A stretch of 52,845 nt of DNA from Patescibacteria group bacterium (GTDB lineage: Bacteria > Patescibacteriota > Minisyncoccia > GCA-002772825): positions 1-52,845 of the forward strand of contig JANLHB010000021.1 of NCBI GenBank assembly GCA_024654625.1. Reading direction: 5' to 3'. The notes below the pieces were generated by a model. That model saw nothing but the letters and a program-made list of their open reading frames with translations, made no database searches and was not told the origin of the DNA. The position numbers and the translations under genes were made by a program. Of the stretch, positions 17,844 to 27,770 are shown piece after piece (position 1 is the first letter of the stretch; every line of letters begins with the position of its first letter).

Positions 17844-18506
17844 CTAACTTCTTATTACAACTGATTTTATTAAATCTTTAAAATGATACATAGCCTTGCC
17901 ATCAGTCATATCTTCTACTAAAAATAATTTTACAAAAGGTTTTATCCGAAGAATATTTTTTAGAAATTCTATCTCTTCTAGACAAGGGAACGGATGCACC
18001 CATGCACTTTTTTGACACTGGTAAAACCCTAGATCAACCAACTTCTTACGCAGCGCGACCCTATCTTTTCGGCGTGACTCTGGAACATCAAAAATCACTA
18101 AGCGCCATTTTTTATCCCACACTTGTGGCTTTTTAATCTGAAATTCATCAAAGATAAACTTTTTAATTTTATCTTTACCTTTTTTGGAGAGACTATACAC
18201 TAAATACCCATCTTTTTCTTTTATAAATTGTAACTCTCTCCGTTTTTTCAAAGTGTTAAAACTATTCCAGATTTTTTGATAATCTTCATAAGATTTTTTC
18301 TTTCGGCTGGTCTGCATTCTATTTAAACCACCAGCTAAACCTGGGGCTACCGCCCCTATTGTTAAAACTCCACCAACCGCAATAATAGCCAAAGTAGCAT
18401 GTAATATAGTCCTAGCCTTTGGATTTTCTTTAATAATTTTTTCAACCTCTTTTCTCAAGGTCGGCTCAAGTGTGTTCTCAAATTTTATCGGTCTATGTTT
18501 TGGCAT
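17844..18506 (-). CDS. Hypothetical membrane-anchored protein with a PaaX-like / Cas2-fold-like C-terminal region
   Basis: 220 aa with one TM helix, a winged-helix-like segment (DGYLVYSLSKKGKDKI), then WRLVIFDVPESRRKDRVALRKKLVDLGFYQCQKSAWVHP. Confidence 0.4.
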   Translation of the reverse strand: MPKHRPIKFENTLEPTLRKEVEKIIKENPKARTILHATLAIIAVGGVLTIGAVAPGLAGGLNRMQTSRKKKSYEDYQKIWNSFNTLKKRRELQFIKEKDGYLVYSLSKKGKDKIKKFIFDEFQIKKPQVWDKKWRLVIFDVPESRRKDRVALRKKLVDLGFYQCQKSAWVHPFPCLEEIEFLKNILRIKPFVKLFLVEDMTDGKAMYHFKDLIKSVVIRS

Positions 18507-18562
18507 GTTTCTATTCTAACTAAATTGGCCGATCGGTTAATAAAGTGAGGATAGGATATAGG

Positions 18563-18586
18563 ATGAAGATATGAAGATATGAAGAT
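18563..18586. repeat. Perfect tandem 8-mer x3 (ATGAAGAT)
   Basis: Read directly. Confidence 0.85.
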
Positions 18587-18672
18587 TAGGTATTCTTTCC
18601 ATTATTATATAATAACAGAACCAAAATATTTTAAAAGAGAATAATAAATGCCCGCCGAGGCGATTTCATTAT

Positions 18673-19860
18673 CTATTCCCTAAGCCTCAAACTCCACAAA
18701 CTGGAGTCTTTTTTATTAGTGAAAAAGAGGTAACCTTCGTTTGAACTTAAGAAAAGATTAGTCGCGTCAAAGTTATCTGAGATACCGGCTATAAGCTCGG
18801 TATTACCATCGCTTAGATTGATCTTCCAGATAAGATCAGTGAAAGATACGAGCCCTTGATACCAGTCATCAGGGTAAAGAGCAGAAAGCACTATACCAGG
18901 AACACCGCAATACACATATACGCTGTCATAAGAAAAGACGCACTTCTCGGCAAGGGTTGATAGAGGAAATTCAGAAGCCTCACCAGTCTCTATATTGTAA
19001 ACTCTTGTTCTGATGGTGTTCTGCCCGCTTTCATTATATAAGACGTTTTCCCCGCTACTATCCAGTATTGCGTCAAGGCCCTTTATATTACCAAGTATCT
19101 TGGTAAATTTACCTGTCTTTGCGTCAAGAGAGTAGAAGAATCCGTCTGCTGTGCCAGAAGGTTTCGTCAATAAAGTAATGATATTTTTTGACGGCCAAGA
19201 AAGATTCCATTGCCCAAACGATGATGAGAATATCTGCTTTTTATTTTTATTTTCAAAATCAGATGTAACACCTATCGTCTGTTCTCCTTGCCTATAAGTG
19301 TAGAAGATTTTATTTTCTTCAGGAGAAATTACAGCCGAAGAAATATCAGCAGGAAGGAATACTCCTTCTACAGAGGGGGTTGTGCTTGCTCTATCTTCAC
19401 TACTTAAACCTGCTAAGAAATTTCTCACGGATTCTACTCCGTCATCAACAGTCAAATATCTAAAAAGAAAATTATCCCCAGTGGAAGAAAAATCAGCTTC
19501 AAAAATTTTCGGTATGGTTGTGTTTGAGGTACGGTTTCTTTCTGTGCCGTCAGGATTTATCTCATAAATATTACCGGTTGCCCTATCAACATATATAACC
19601 TTACCTCTGGCATAAGTAGCGCCTGAAACCGAAGCTAAAGAAAGTTTTATTAATACGAAATTTTTCCCACTGGTAAGACCATTTCCATCAAACGACCCTG
19701 AAGACAAGGGGTTGATATTACCACTACCACTATCAGGGAAAAAACCTTTAGGCGCGCTGTCGGAAGGAGCTTTATCTTCATTGTTTCTACCCATAAAAAC
19801 AAAAGCACCGAGTCCGATGACTGCTAATACTACGACTGCAATTATTATTTTTCTATTCAT
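18673..19860 (-). CDS. Hypothetical exported protein (last gene of the T4SS-like operon)
   Basis: 395 aa with an N-terminal signal anchor and a beta-rich sequence; 4-nt overlap with the upstream gene. Confidence 0.6.
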   Translation of the reverse strand: MNRKIIIAVVVLAVIGLGAFVFMGRNNEDKAPSDSAPKGFFPDSGSGNINPLSSGSFDGNGLTSGKNFVLIKLSLASVSGATYARGKVIYVDRATGNIYEINPDGTERNRTSNTTIPKIFEADFSSTGDNFLFRYLTVDDGVESVRNFLAGLSSEDRASTTPSVEGVFLPADISSAVISPEENKIFYTYRQGEQTIGVTSDFENKNKKQIFSSSFGQWNLSWPSKNIITLLTKPSGTADGFFYSLDAKTGKFTKILGNIKGLDAILDSSGENVLYNESGQNTIRTRVYNIETGEASEFPLSTLAEKCVFSYDSVYVYCGVPGIVLSALYPDDWYQGLVSFTDLIWKINLSDGNTELIAGISDNFDATNLFLSSNEGYLFFTNKKDSSLWSLRLRE

Positions 19861-20444
19861 TTTTTCAAATTTAATTCATGGAAATAACAATCCATAGTTA
19901 TATTATAACTATCACCTGCTTTAATAGCATCAGAAGCACTCTTACACTTATCCATGTCATCATAAGGACCTATAGCTCTACTGCCATTAGAACTTTGATA
20001 AGAAAAATAATAACCACTGGCAGGAGGAATAATAGGTGCTGATATATCCACAGGATCTTCCTTCTTTGTAATCGGATCAATACCTAAACTCATATTAACC
20101 AAATTCGGATTTATGGTATATAAGATCAAGTAAGCTGACACGGCAAGGAGCAACCCATAGATAGCGCTTTCAATCCTTTTCTTCCCGGCTGTTTTAAGCC
20201 CCTCGCTTCCCCCGCCGGCAAGTTGTAAACCGCCGATCACTATCATAACTACAGCAAGCACGGCCGTCACAGTAAGGGCGAAAGGGAAAAGCCAGCTAAG
20301 ATAACTAGACAAAGTAACATCTGTCTCATTAAGGCCAGGCAACGGCTCAAGCAGTTCATAGGCAAAGGCTGACACGGGCGACATTAAGATCACGCCAAGC
20401 GCTATGACTGCTAATCCTTTGATTTTTAATATTTTTTTCATCAT
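19857..20444 (-). CDS. Hypothetical membrane protein, possible VirB2/TrbC-like pilin
   Basis: 195 aa with a signal peptide (..SPVSAFA) followed by two hydrophobic helices. The assignment rests on topology only. Confidence 0.35.
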   Translation of the reverse strand: MMKKILKIKGLAVIALGVILMSPVSAFAYELLEPLPGLNETDVTLSSYLSWLFPFALTVTAVLAVVMIVIGGLQLAGGGSEGLKTAGKKRIESAIYGLLLAVSAYLILYTINPNLVNMSLGIDPITKKEDPVDISAPIIPPASGYYFSYQSSNGSRAIGPYDDMDKCKSASDAIKAGDSYNITMDCYFHELNLKK

Positions 20445-20447
20445 TTC

Positions 20448-21422
20448 TTAATTATTACCGAAAATAATCTTTAAAGCGGTGTTTGCAAATTGCAAAACAT
20501 TAAAATTATTTTTAACATTTAACGCTATAGACGACTCACCCCTCTCACCTTCCGGCACCTTCAACTTCAATATATTAGGCGCTTCATCAGGCAAGATGCT
20601 ATTCCTATTCATCTTCCAGTCAAAAGAAATGTTATTCCTAGAAAAGAAGAATGGCTCTGCTCGCAGACTTATCTCACTATCAACTTCAACTGACCCTTTT
20701 AAAGCCTCTTCATATCTTGGACCTTCAAGAGGGTGGTCTTTATATAAAAGGATTCTGGGTTTCATGCTTCCCAAAGGCAATATTATCCCTTTCTCAAAGA
20801 CGATATCATTTGTCCTGCTTGATACCTTAAGACTGATAGTATAATCATCTTGATCTTTTGTCTGAAAGATAAAATAATCCTTACCGGCACCAGAAGCGCT
20901 CTTATCTTTCTTAAAGTTTAAAGACCATTCATATATAAGGTCGGAAGATTTGAGCATTGAACCATTTTTAAACAGATAAGGAATCGCCGTCACCTTTACT
21001 TGCGATTGCAATGAGGGTAGTGACCTCCCCTTATAAGAAAAAGGGGTTGTGGTAATAGCCTCCCAAAGAAGGTCTAAGTCGTTACCCACAAGGACAACTG
21101 AATCCGAACCAAAGTCCCCTTCAACGGTTGTTACCGAAGCGGAAACAGTACTCTTTTTCCCGAAAGCTGGAGCACTAAAATTAATCACATCTTTACCTAT
21201 CCCCTTAGATAAAACCTTACCGTCAACACTCCATGTTATGGAAGCGCGGTCAACGTCAAAGTGAAGACTCTTCAATTTAGCCGTTACCGTGCTCCCTGGA
21301 GTCGGGTTCTGCGGTATAAGGGTGACAGAAAAATCAGCCCCTGCTGACTCTGAAGTATTAGGCAAACCTAAAAAGACTATAAAGATCAGTGTGATTAAAA
21401 ATTTGAATATAAAATCTCTCAT
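20448..21422 (-). CDS. Hypothetical secreted protein
   Basis: 324 aa with an N-terminal signal sequence, inside the operon. Confidence 0.6.
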   Translation of the reverse strand: MRDFIFKFLITLIFIVFLGLPNTSESAGADFSVTLIPQNPTPGSTVTAKLKSLHFDVDRASITWSVDGKVLSKGIGKDVINFSAPAFGKKSTVSASVTTVEGDFGSDSVVLVGNDLDLLWEAITTTPFSYKGRSLPSLQSQVKVTAIPYLFKNGSMLKSSDLIYEWSLNFKKDKSASGAGKDYFIFQTKDQDDYTISLKVSSRTNDIVFEKGIILPLGSMKPRILLYKDHPLEGPRYEEALKGSVEVDSEISLRAEPFFFSRNNISFDWKMNRNSILPDEAPNILKLKVPEGERGESSIALNVKNNFNVLQFANTALKIIFGNN

Positions 21423-21757
21423 AAAATTTTTTCTATTTTCTTTACCGCTCGCTCTTTTGCTATTATAGCAATAATTCCGCCAGTGAACACTGGTAGAGCG
21501 CTTAAAAATGGTATAGGCAATATTTCAATTATAAAACTTCCTCCGGATATCCATTTACTGGCGCCACTAACACCCTTTAAAGTAAGCCAGAGCCAGAAAG
21601 TCAGACCTGCGAAAATACTTATAAACTTGTTCAGAATAAAACCGATTATAGGTATAAACTCAAAAACAAATTGAATCGCATCAAAAAATATAGCTACTGC
21701 AAGCATTAAAGAGGCCGTTGTTTTATCTATCTTATTTTGATATTTTTCTTCATCCAT
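21419..21757 (-). CDS. Small polytopic membrane protein
   Basis: 112 aa with about 3 TM helices; 4-nt overlap with the downstream gene. Confidence 0.55.
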   Translation of the reverse strand: MDEEKYQNKIDKTTASLMLAVAIFFDAIQFVFEFIPIIGFILNKFISIFAGLTFWLWLTLKGVSGASKWISGGSFIIEILPIPFLSALPVFTGGIIAIIAKERAVKKIEKIL

Positions 21758-21767
21758 AAGGTCAAGC

Positions 21768-23576
21768 TTAATTTTGATTAAAGTCTTCCTTAGCTTTCTT
21801 TATCGCCATTAGCTGTGCCGGGTCTGAAGTGATAATCTGATCTTCCGTATAAGAAGCCAATACTTTTATCGCCACATGCTTCATACCGGCAAAAAATATC
21901 CCCTCCCCGACATCTGACTCAAGCAATAGAAATTTCTCTTCATCTGTAAGGTTGAAAGTCTTCTGGACGATATCTATAGAGGCCGGAGACTGCTTCAAGA
22001 GGAGCTGTATAGAAGAGTTAGTGATGATAGGCAACCCGTAAGGAGACTTGAGAAAATCGTTTACATCTTGGGTGATAGTGGCAAGTCCAAGATAATATTT
22101 CCTGCACCTCTTAGCGATACCGAAAAGGAAAGAAGCCGTATCTTCATGCTTCATCATCCACCACGCCTCGTCTATTACAAGGAGTCTTTTCTTAATATTC
22201 TTTCTAATGGCATTCCAAATAAAGTGAGTTATCAAATACATAGCAACCGGCCTTAATTCATCTTCCATATCTCTTATAGAAAAAACTACGAAATTCCTAT
22301 TTATATCCACATTAGTCGGCTGATTTATAAAGCCCGACCATGTCCCCTTAGTATATTTACTCAAACGTTCCGCTAAAGATTCTGCGCCCTCCATACTCGC
22401 AAGCACCATTTCAAGCTCTGAGAGGATTGGTGGCACCGCTTTAGAAAAATCTGACTCTGGCGTAATATCTCGCGAAGCATAAGTCTCTGTAATGGCTCTG
22501 TCTAAGATAGCATCCTCCTCCGGAGTAAGCCCTCCGAGCATTATCCTGAAGAGCCCTACCAAGCTGATGATGTTTGAGCGCAAGACATCTTCCGGAGATT
22601 CTCCTTCTGCCGGCACCGGAAGGTCAAATGGGTTGATATGATGCTTTGAAGAAAGAGAGATATTGAAATATCTTCCGTCAACAGCCTCGGCTAAATATTC
22701 ATATTCTCTTTCCGGGTCAATAACAATAACCTCTGTGCCAAACATTAAGCTCCTCAAAACTTCAAGTTTTGTAGTATAAGACTTACCGGAACCGGCCTTG
22801 GCAAAAACTACGGAATTATAATTCTCCAGTGAAAATCTATCAAAAAGGACTAATGAACTGTTATGCCTGTTTATACCGTATAAAATTCCCTTATCTGAAG
22901 TAAGGTCAAAAGAAACAAAAGGAAAAATACTTGAAAGCGGGGATGAATTTAACCTTGAAGAAACTTCAAGCTTGTCTGTGCCTAAAGGAAGCACGCTCTC
23001 AAGACCCTCCTTTTGCTGGAATAATGCCGGCTTCACATATACCAACTTTGATTCAAGGATAGTGCGCACCTCTGACTCAATTTTATTTAATTCGTCTAGA
23101 TCATCGGCAAAGACAGTAAGATATAAACCGATATTAAAAAGTTTTTCTGTCGCTTGCTGGAGCTGGTCGCGCAAATTCTCAAGATCTTGATAAGCGGTAT
23201 CAAGGACGGGGTCTCGGACTAGCCCTTTCTCTTCTCTTATATGTATCTGAGACTGCACTTCGGCAACCTTCTTCTGAAGCTGTCTTAAAACGACTGACGT
23301 TTCTACTGGATGGATAAATATTGAAATATTAAAAACTTTATCCAAGTTAATAATCGGCGAGAACCAATTTGAAGCAAGAAAACGCGGATAAGAAACCACA
23401 AAAAAAGTCCTTGCGACTTTCTCCCCTATCCTTACATTGCTTGAATTTATCTCTAAGGCTGACGGAGCGATAATGTCTTGCAGCTCCATTACGCCCGTCT
23501 CATAAACCTGCTCAGGGAAAACAGGCATTATCTCCGTATCCTTATTTTTCTTATCTGTGTTAAATAAATTAATCAT
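21768..23576 (-). CDS. virB4: VirB4/TrbE/TraC-family type IV secretion ATPase
   Basis: 602 aa with Walker A AKAGSGKSYT, Walker B RLLVIDEAWWM and an N-terminal R.G...ARTFFVVSYPRFL-type segment. Confidence 0.85.
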   Translation of the reverse strand: MINLFNTDKKNKDTEIMPVFPEQVYETGVMELQDIIAPSALEINSSNVRIGEKVARTFFVVSYPRFLASNWFSPIINLDKVFNISIFIHPVETSVVLRQLQKKVAEVQSQIHIREEKGLVRDPVLDTAYQDLENLRDQLQQATEKLFNIGLYLTVFADDLDELNKIESEVRTILESKLVYVKPALFQQKEGLESVLPLGTDKLEVSSRLNSSPLSSIFPFVSFDLTSDKGILYGINRHNSSLVLFDRFSLENYNSVVFAKAGSGKSYTTKLEVLRSLMFGTEVIVIDPEREYEYLAEAVDGRYFNISLSSKHHINPFDLPVPAEGESPEDVLRSNIISLVGLFRIMLGGLTPEEDAILDRAITETYASRDITPESDFSKAVPPILSELEMVLASMEGAESLAERLSKYTKGTWSGFINQPTNVDINRNFVVFSIRDMEDELRPVAMYLITHFIWNAIRKNIKKRLLVIDEAWWMMKHEDTASFLFGIAKRCRKYYLGLATITQDVNDFLKSPYGLPIITNSSIQLLLKQSPASIDIVQKTFNLTDEEKFLLLESDVGEGIFFAGMKHVAIKVLASYTEDQIITSDPAQLMAIKKAKEDFNQN

Positions 23577-23600
23577 AATAAATCAAAAATTGAAATCTCA

Positions 23601-23616
23601 ATTCGCCAGCTGGCGA
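23601..23616. repeat. 16-nt perfect GC palindrome
   Basis: TTCGCCAGCTGGCGAA. Confidence 0.9.
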
Positions 23617-23654
23617 AGCACAATTACAAATTAAAGTCATAAAATTTTTTAATC

Positions 23655-23744
23655 TCAAAATCATTTTTAAATTTTGTCCCGATGGCTTTGCCATCGGGGA
23701 TCCTCGATAAAATCGGGACATTGTCATTTTTCATTTTGATATTT
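23655..23744. repeat. Inverted-repeat arm A, an AT-rich 48-nt module split by a 42-nt GC-rich hairpin insert (23676-23717)
   Basis: 23655-23675 and 23718-23744 match the reverse complement of 24824-24871 with 3 mismatches. The insert is GTCCCGATGGCTTTGCCATCGGGGATCCTCGATAAAATCGGG. Confidence 0.85.
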
Positions 23745-24398
23745 TCAGTTTACATTTTGTTTGGTTACACTCTTATCAAGCTCGCCCGGGTTAAATAATT
23801 TAAAATATAGTTCTATAAGTTCTTCGGTGTTGAGCGGGACAGACCTTATCCCCATACTGGAAAGTCCTCCTGAGACGACGTCTGCTCTCTGCTGAAGCTG
23901 AACTTTATTTTCAATAAATAATTCGTCTTCCGACTTTATCTTTTTAACATCTTTCTTCTTGCCGAAAATACCCATAACGCTATCTAAGACTCCGCTAGCT
24001 GAAGCAAATCCTGACGGAGAATAAGGCACTACCAAGTAGAAAGACTTAGAAACAATATCTGTAGTAGAGACAAAATTCTTGATAAACTCGGAATACTCTC
24101 TTGTCTGGACTTTCAAGAGTTCATTAGGCTGTTCCTTCTCAATATCTGACAGCATATTAAGATACGGCCCGATATCAAGCTTGCTTGATTCAATAAAAAT
24201 CTGCACCGGAAAATCAAGAGAGTTTAAGAAGTTCTGATACTGCATAATGATAGCCGTCTGCTCGTCCTCAGATCTTAAAGCGAAATTTAAACTGGAAGCC
24301 ATCACCACCATACGCATGGAATTATCACGGAGGATAACCACTCCGTCTCTGACTTCCTTTATGGGAACAAATTGTTGTGTAGGTTTAGAGTTAATCAT
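23745..24398 (-). CDS. Hypothetical protein of the T4SS-like operon
   Basis: 217 aa with no TM helix. The segment VVMASSLNFALRSEDEQTAIIMQYQNFLNSL is reminiscent of N-terminal regions of Gram-positive VirB4-type proteins, from memory only. Confidence 0.55.
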   Translation of the reverse strand: MINSKPTQQFVPIKEVRDGVVILRDNSMRMVVMASSLNFALRSEDEQTAIIMQYQNFLNSLDFPVQIFIESSKLDIGPYLNMLSDIEKEQPNELLKVQTREYSEFIKNFVSTTDIVSKSFYLVVPYSPSGFASASGVLDSVMGIFGKKKDVKKIKSEDELFIENKVQLQQRADVVSGGLSSMGIRSVPLNTEELIELYFKLFNPGELDKSVTKQNVN

Positions 24399-24400
24399 TT

Positions 24401-24805
24401 TTATTTTTTAATGTCCAAGCTCCAGGCCAGATCTTTCAGTTTGCTATTCGTTAACTTTGGCGCATATACACCCGCGCCAGACGATTTATTTATTGAACCT
24501 GTAGTCTTAACTGTAACATTTTTAGGTTTGTCTTTCTTCCATAGATAAAGCCTTGAAGAAGAATTATAATTAATGGCGTTTTCAACCACTTTTATAAACG
24601 GCTGATTATTAATCTTATAAAAAGCAAGCGCTAATACAAAGACTACAACAGGAGTCGCAAATATAATTGTAAGCCAAAACGGAAAAATAACATAAAATAG
24701 AAAACTTATACCGCCACCGCCGGCAAGATAAATAAACTGCTTCAAAGTAAGCGGTCCGAAGATCTTATCTTCTACTTCTGTGAATTGTGGGACTTGGAAT
24801 CTCAT
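24401..24805 (-). CDS. PrgI-family (VirB3-like) membrane protein
   Basis: 134 aa; the N-terminus MRFQVPQFTEVEDKIFGPLTLKQFIYL followed by 2 TM helices is typical of the PrgI family. Confidence 0.7.
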   Translation of the reverse strand: MRFQVPQFTEVEDKIFGPLTLKQFIYLAGGGGISFLFYVIFPFWLTIIFATPVVVFVLALAFYKINNQPFIKVVENAINYNSSSRLYLWKKDKPKNVTVKTTGSINKSSGAGVYAPKLTNSKLKDLAWSLDIKK

Positions 24806-24823
24806 AGTAAAAATTTAAAATTT

Positions 24824-24871
24824 AAAAATCAAAATGGAAAATGACAATGTAAAATTTAAAAATAATTTTGA
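24824..24871. repeat. Inverted-repeat arm B (uninterrupted 48-nt module)
   Basis: AAAAATCAAAATGGAAAATGACAATGTAAAATTTAAAAATAATTTTGA is the reverse complement of arm A without the GC insert. Confidence 0.85.
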
Positions 24872-24894
24872 TTTTTGATTTTTGCAATTTACAT

Positions 24895-25692
24895 TTATTT
24901 CACTGGCTCTCTATATGGATCGCCTTCAGGATATTTGTCTCCACCTGGGCCCAACGGCTTATCGCCATCATGCTCTGAAACCTCCGGCGGTCTTCTTGAT
25001 ATCTGCGGTTTTGGCGGGAAAGGAACTCCGCCGCTTTTTACATATTCTTTAGGTAAATCTTCTTTCGCTACAACTATTGATTCCTCTTTTTCTTCCATAA
25101 CAACAGGCAGTGTGGATGGCATAGAAGGAATAGGTATCTCTTTTCCCTCTCCTTCAACAGAAACAGTTTCTTGCTTTAGTGTTTGAGCATTACTAGTGCT
25201 TTCATTTACTTTAGCGTCACTAAAGACTTGTGGCATAGGAATAGATTCAGGTGACTCTATCTCTTTCAATATATCTTCCTTGCTTAATGTTTTAGCAGGT
25301 TCTGGCTCTCTTACGGTTTCCTGTTTTAGCGATTCTGCAGTATCTTTCTCACTATCTTCTTCGTCTTTTATATTGTGAATCCTTTTGAGTGACTCTCTAA
25401 TCTTAGAAAATATCCTATCGTTAACTTCAGCAGTGATATCATGAGCGGTCTTTTTATCCACACCCAAGCGCCGACTAATGTTTGGCATAAAATCTTTCGG
25501 CTCAGTAACGCCGATCATCAAAAGACCAATCTCATCAGCCAGTTCGCTCATCTTATCAATAGTCAAATTATTCTTCTTAGATATATCTTGGATAATTTCA
25601 GTAGAATCGACAGAAAAAATCGCTTCTCTAACATCACCGGGAAGATCTTTATACTTATCCATTAATTTACTATTATATTGATTATTACTCAT
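24895..25692 (-). CDS. Hypothetical acidic/Pro-rich protein
   Basis: 265 aa with a structured N-terminal roughly 100 aa, then a low-complexity E/K/P-rich tail with a repeated LKQETV. Confidence 0.6.
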   Translation of the reverse strand: MSNNQYNSKLMDKYKDLPGDVREAIFSVDSTEIIQDISKKNNLTIDKMSELADEIGLLMIGVTEPKDFMPNISRRLGVDKKTAHDITAEVNDRIFSKIRESLKRIHNIKDEEDSEKDTAESLKQETVREPEPAKTLSKEDILKEIESPESIPMPQVFSDAKVNESTSNAQTLKQETVSVEGEGKEIPIPSMPSTLPVVMEEKEESIVVAKEDLPKEYVKSGGVPFPPKPQISRRPPEVSEHDGDKPLGPGGDKYPEGDPYREPVK

Positions 25693-25709
25693 ATTATTAT
25701 CTTAATCTT

Positions 25710-27770
25710 TTAACCTTCATACTCTTCTTTATTTTTATCTATTTTATCTCCTATTGTTTGTGATTTATCCTCAAGCTCTTCTTTAGCACCATACTCTTTC
25801 ATTATGGATTTGGCAGCCGGACCACTTGTAAGCCAAGCGGCAATTGATTTATTATTTATTCCTTTCTTATCACTAAGTTTCTCGATAATCTCATTGATAT
25901 CTTTTGTATCACTAAGCCCGGCAATTTGTTCAAAGAAAGCATCTGCGACATCTCCACCCATATCAGCCAATTTCTTAACATCCGCAGCGCTAAAATTCTT
26001 TATCATCAAGTCTATGTTCTCCTTGTTACCAAAAATTTTATCCCTAACTTTCTTATTAATATTTTCAAGATGTGCCATTGATAAATTCTCCAGAGCGACT
26101 ACCTTCATCTTTTCATCTGTGAAAATCTTCTCGACGACTGAGTCATCCATCTTCTCCAAATCAGCCGGTTTAATAGCTTTTATAGACTTAACAACACCTT
26201 CATCAACCTCCTTGTATTTTTCATCCATATTGCCAGTTGTAGCCAGATCAGGTCTTACTTTATTAACCTCTTTAGTAGACATACCATACTTATTCATAAT
26301 CTTCTTGCCTTGCTCAATTCTTTCTTGAGTGAAGTTTGTATCCTTTTTATCTCCTTTTTCATCTTTATCTTCAACTTTAAGATTTCCTCGTTTAGCAAGT
26401 TCATTTAAAACAGCTGTCCTGTTAAATGGCATCAATCGAGGAGTCATTTCTTTTAATTCCTTGTCAGTAAATTTCTCATATTTCTTTTGTATCTCTTGAA
26501 TCTTTGCTCTATTAGCGGCAACTATACTTGCCGAGCCATAAGCAACACCTGGTATTTTATTTAAAGTTTGACTAATTTTTCCTTTACCAGTTGCAATATT
26601 TTCTGCGATACCACCTGTAGCGCGTCTTGCAGAACTTAAAGCAATCTTTCCAGCTTTACCTTGTCCCCATTTGCGAGCAGTGGTGCCCCATTTCATCATA
26701 GTGCTTGAGCCGACGGCGCCCATCTTGCTTGCCACAATGAGTGATCCGATCATCAAACCGATAAGAATTATAAAATAAACCAATGTATTTATAGACCCCT
26801 TAAACATAAAGTCCATAACACCAGCGCCTTCTTTCATGCCAATCGCTGTCGCCAGATTGTTTTCACTTATCATCTTGACCACTATATATATCATAAACAT
26901 ATAAGCCGGAGCAAAAAACGATTGAGAGAAAAGAGTTGACCACCATTTTTTTGAATGAGAGCTTGTGGCAGGCAAAATCATACCCGCAAAAGCAAGTGGC
27001 GCCAGTATTATTAAAAATAAAAGAGTAATAGTCCTGATTGAGAAAAGTATTCCGGCGGCAAACAAGACAAAAGAAGTAACTAACATAAGAAGCGTTCCTC
27101 CAAGCGCGCCTATTATTACTCCACCCATGGACATTTGCTCGCCTCCGGGGACACCCAAAGCGGTGGGGTCTGCGGCTATATCAGGCTTGTCATAAGATTT
27201 ATATACTGTTTGAAGCTTAAGCCCCTGCATCAAAACAGAAGAAATACCCGCTTCCGCAGTAATCTTGCTGTAAAATTCAACAGCGACAACATTAGAAGCA
27301 TCTATAACCACCTTTGTAACGACACCGCTAAAATTAACAAGAAGAGCTATGATTATAACTTTCACTAAAAGATCCTTTATACCATAGCCTGCAATCTGTA
27401 AAATTGTAGCTATAGCTATATAAAGAAGAATGAAAATGAAAAATATATTAATGGTATCACGAGCTATAGTCCACCCTGTCGTTATGCCTGCCATATTCGC
27501 ATAACTGTGAAAATCAATGATTGATATCTTCAAAGTTAAATCAAAAAATAATCCGGCAACCCATACAACCAAGCTTGCCATCCACATAATTATATTTGCT
27601 ATATTAACAAGCAACTCCATGAGTTTACCGCCAATCCACTCACCAGGCGATGTTATTGGATTAGCAGCTTCAGCATTATACGCTCCTAAAGGAGAAAAAA
27701 ATACAACAGCAAAAAACACTAAAACTAAAGCCAGTGGCAAAAATTTTCTGATTTTTACTTTAATTGACAT
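25710..27770 (-). CDS. VirB6/TrbL-like polytopic membrane protein with a long K/E-rich cytoplasmic tail
   Basis: 686 aa with a signal peptide, about 7-8 TM helices in the first roughly 370 aa, then a hydrophilic tail. Assigned from topology and operon context. Confidence 0.5.
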   Translation of the reverse strand: MSIKVKIRKFLPLALVLVFFAVVFFSPLGAYNAEAANPITSPGEWIGGKLMELLVNIANIIMWMASLVVWVAGLFFDLTLKISIIDFHSYANMAGITTGWTIARDTINIFFIFILLYIAIATILQIAGYGIKDLLVKVIIIALLVNFSGVVTKVVIDASNVVAVEFYSKITAEAGISSVLMQGLKLQTVYKSYDKPDIAADPTALGVPGGEQMSMGGVIIGALGGTLLMLVTSFVLFAAGILFSIRTITLLFLIILAPLAFAGMILPATSSHSKKWWSTLFSQSFFAPAYMFMIYIVVKMISENNLATAIGMKEGAGVMDFMFKGSINTLVYFIILIGLMIGSLIVASKMGAVGSSTMMKWGTTARKWGQGKAGKIALSSARRATGGIAENIATGKGKISQTLNKIPGVAYGSASIVAANRAKIQEIQKKYEKFTDKELKEMTPRLMPFNRTAVLNELAKRGNLKVEDKDEKGDKKDTNFTQERIEQGKKIMNKYGMSTKEVNKVRPDLATTGNMDEKYKEVDEGVVKSIKAIKPADLEKMDDSVVEKIFTDEKMKVVALENLSMAHLENINKKVRDKIFGNKENIDLMIKNFSAADVKKLADMGGDVADAFFEQIAGLSDTKDINEIIEKLSDKKGINNKSIAAWLTSGPAAKSIMKEYGAKEELEDKSQTIGDKIDKNKEEYEG

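Noticed and set aside
17776-18556. Imperfect inverted repeats (CTATCC-N12-CCGAYCGG) flanking the PaaX-like gene, suggesting a mobile unit
   Set aside because: Only about 21 of 29 positions match, the AT-rich middle is near-palindromic anyway, and there is no transposase. Too weak without genome-wide support.
25804-26328. 174-aa plus-strand ORF, Ser/Leu/Phe-rich
   Set aside because: It is antisense to the K/E-rich tail of the VirB6-like gene, a codon-complement shadow.
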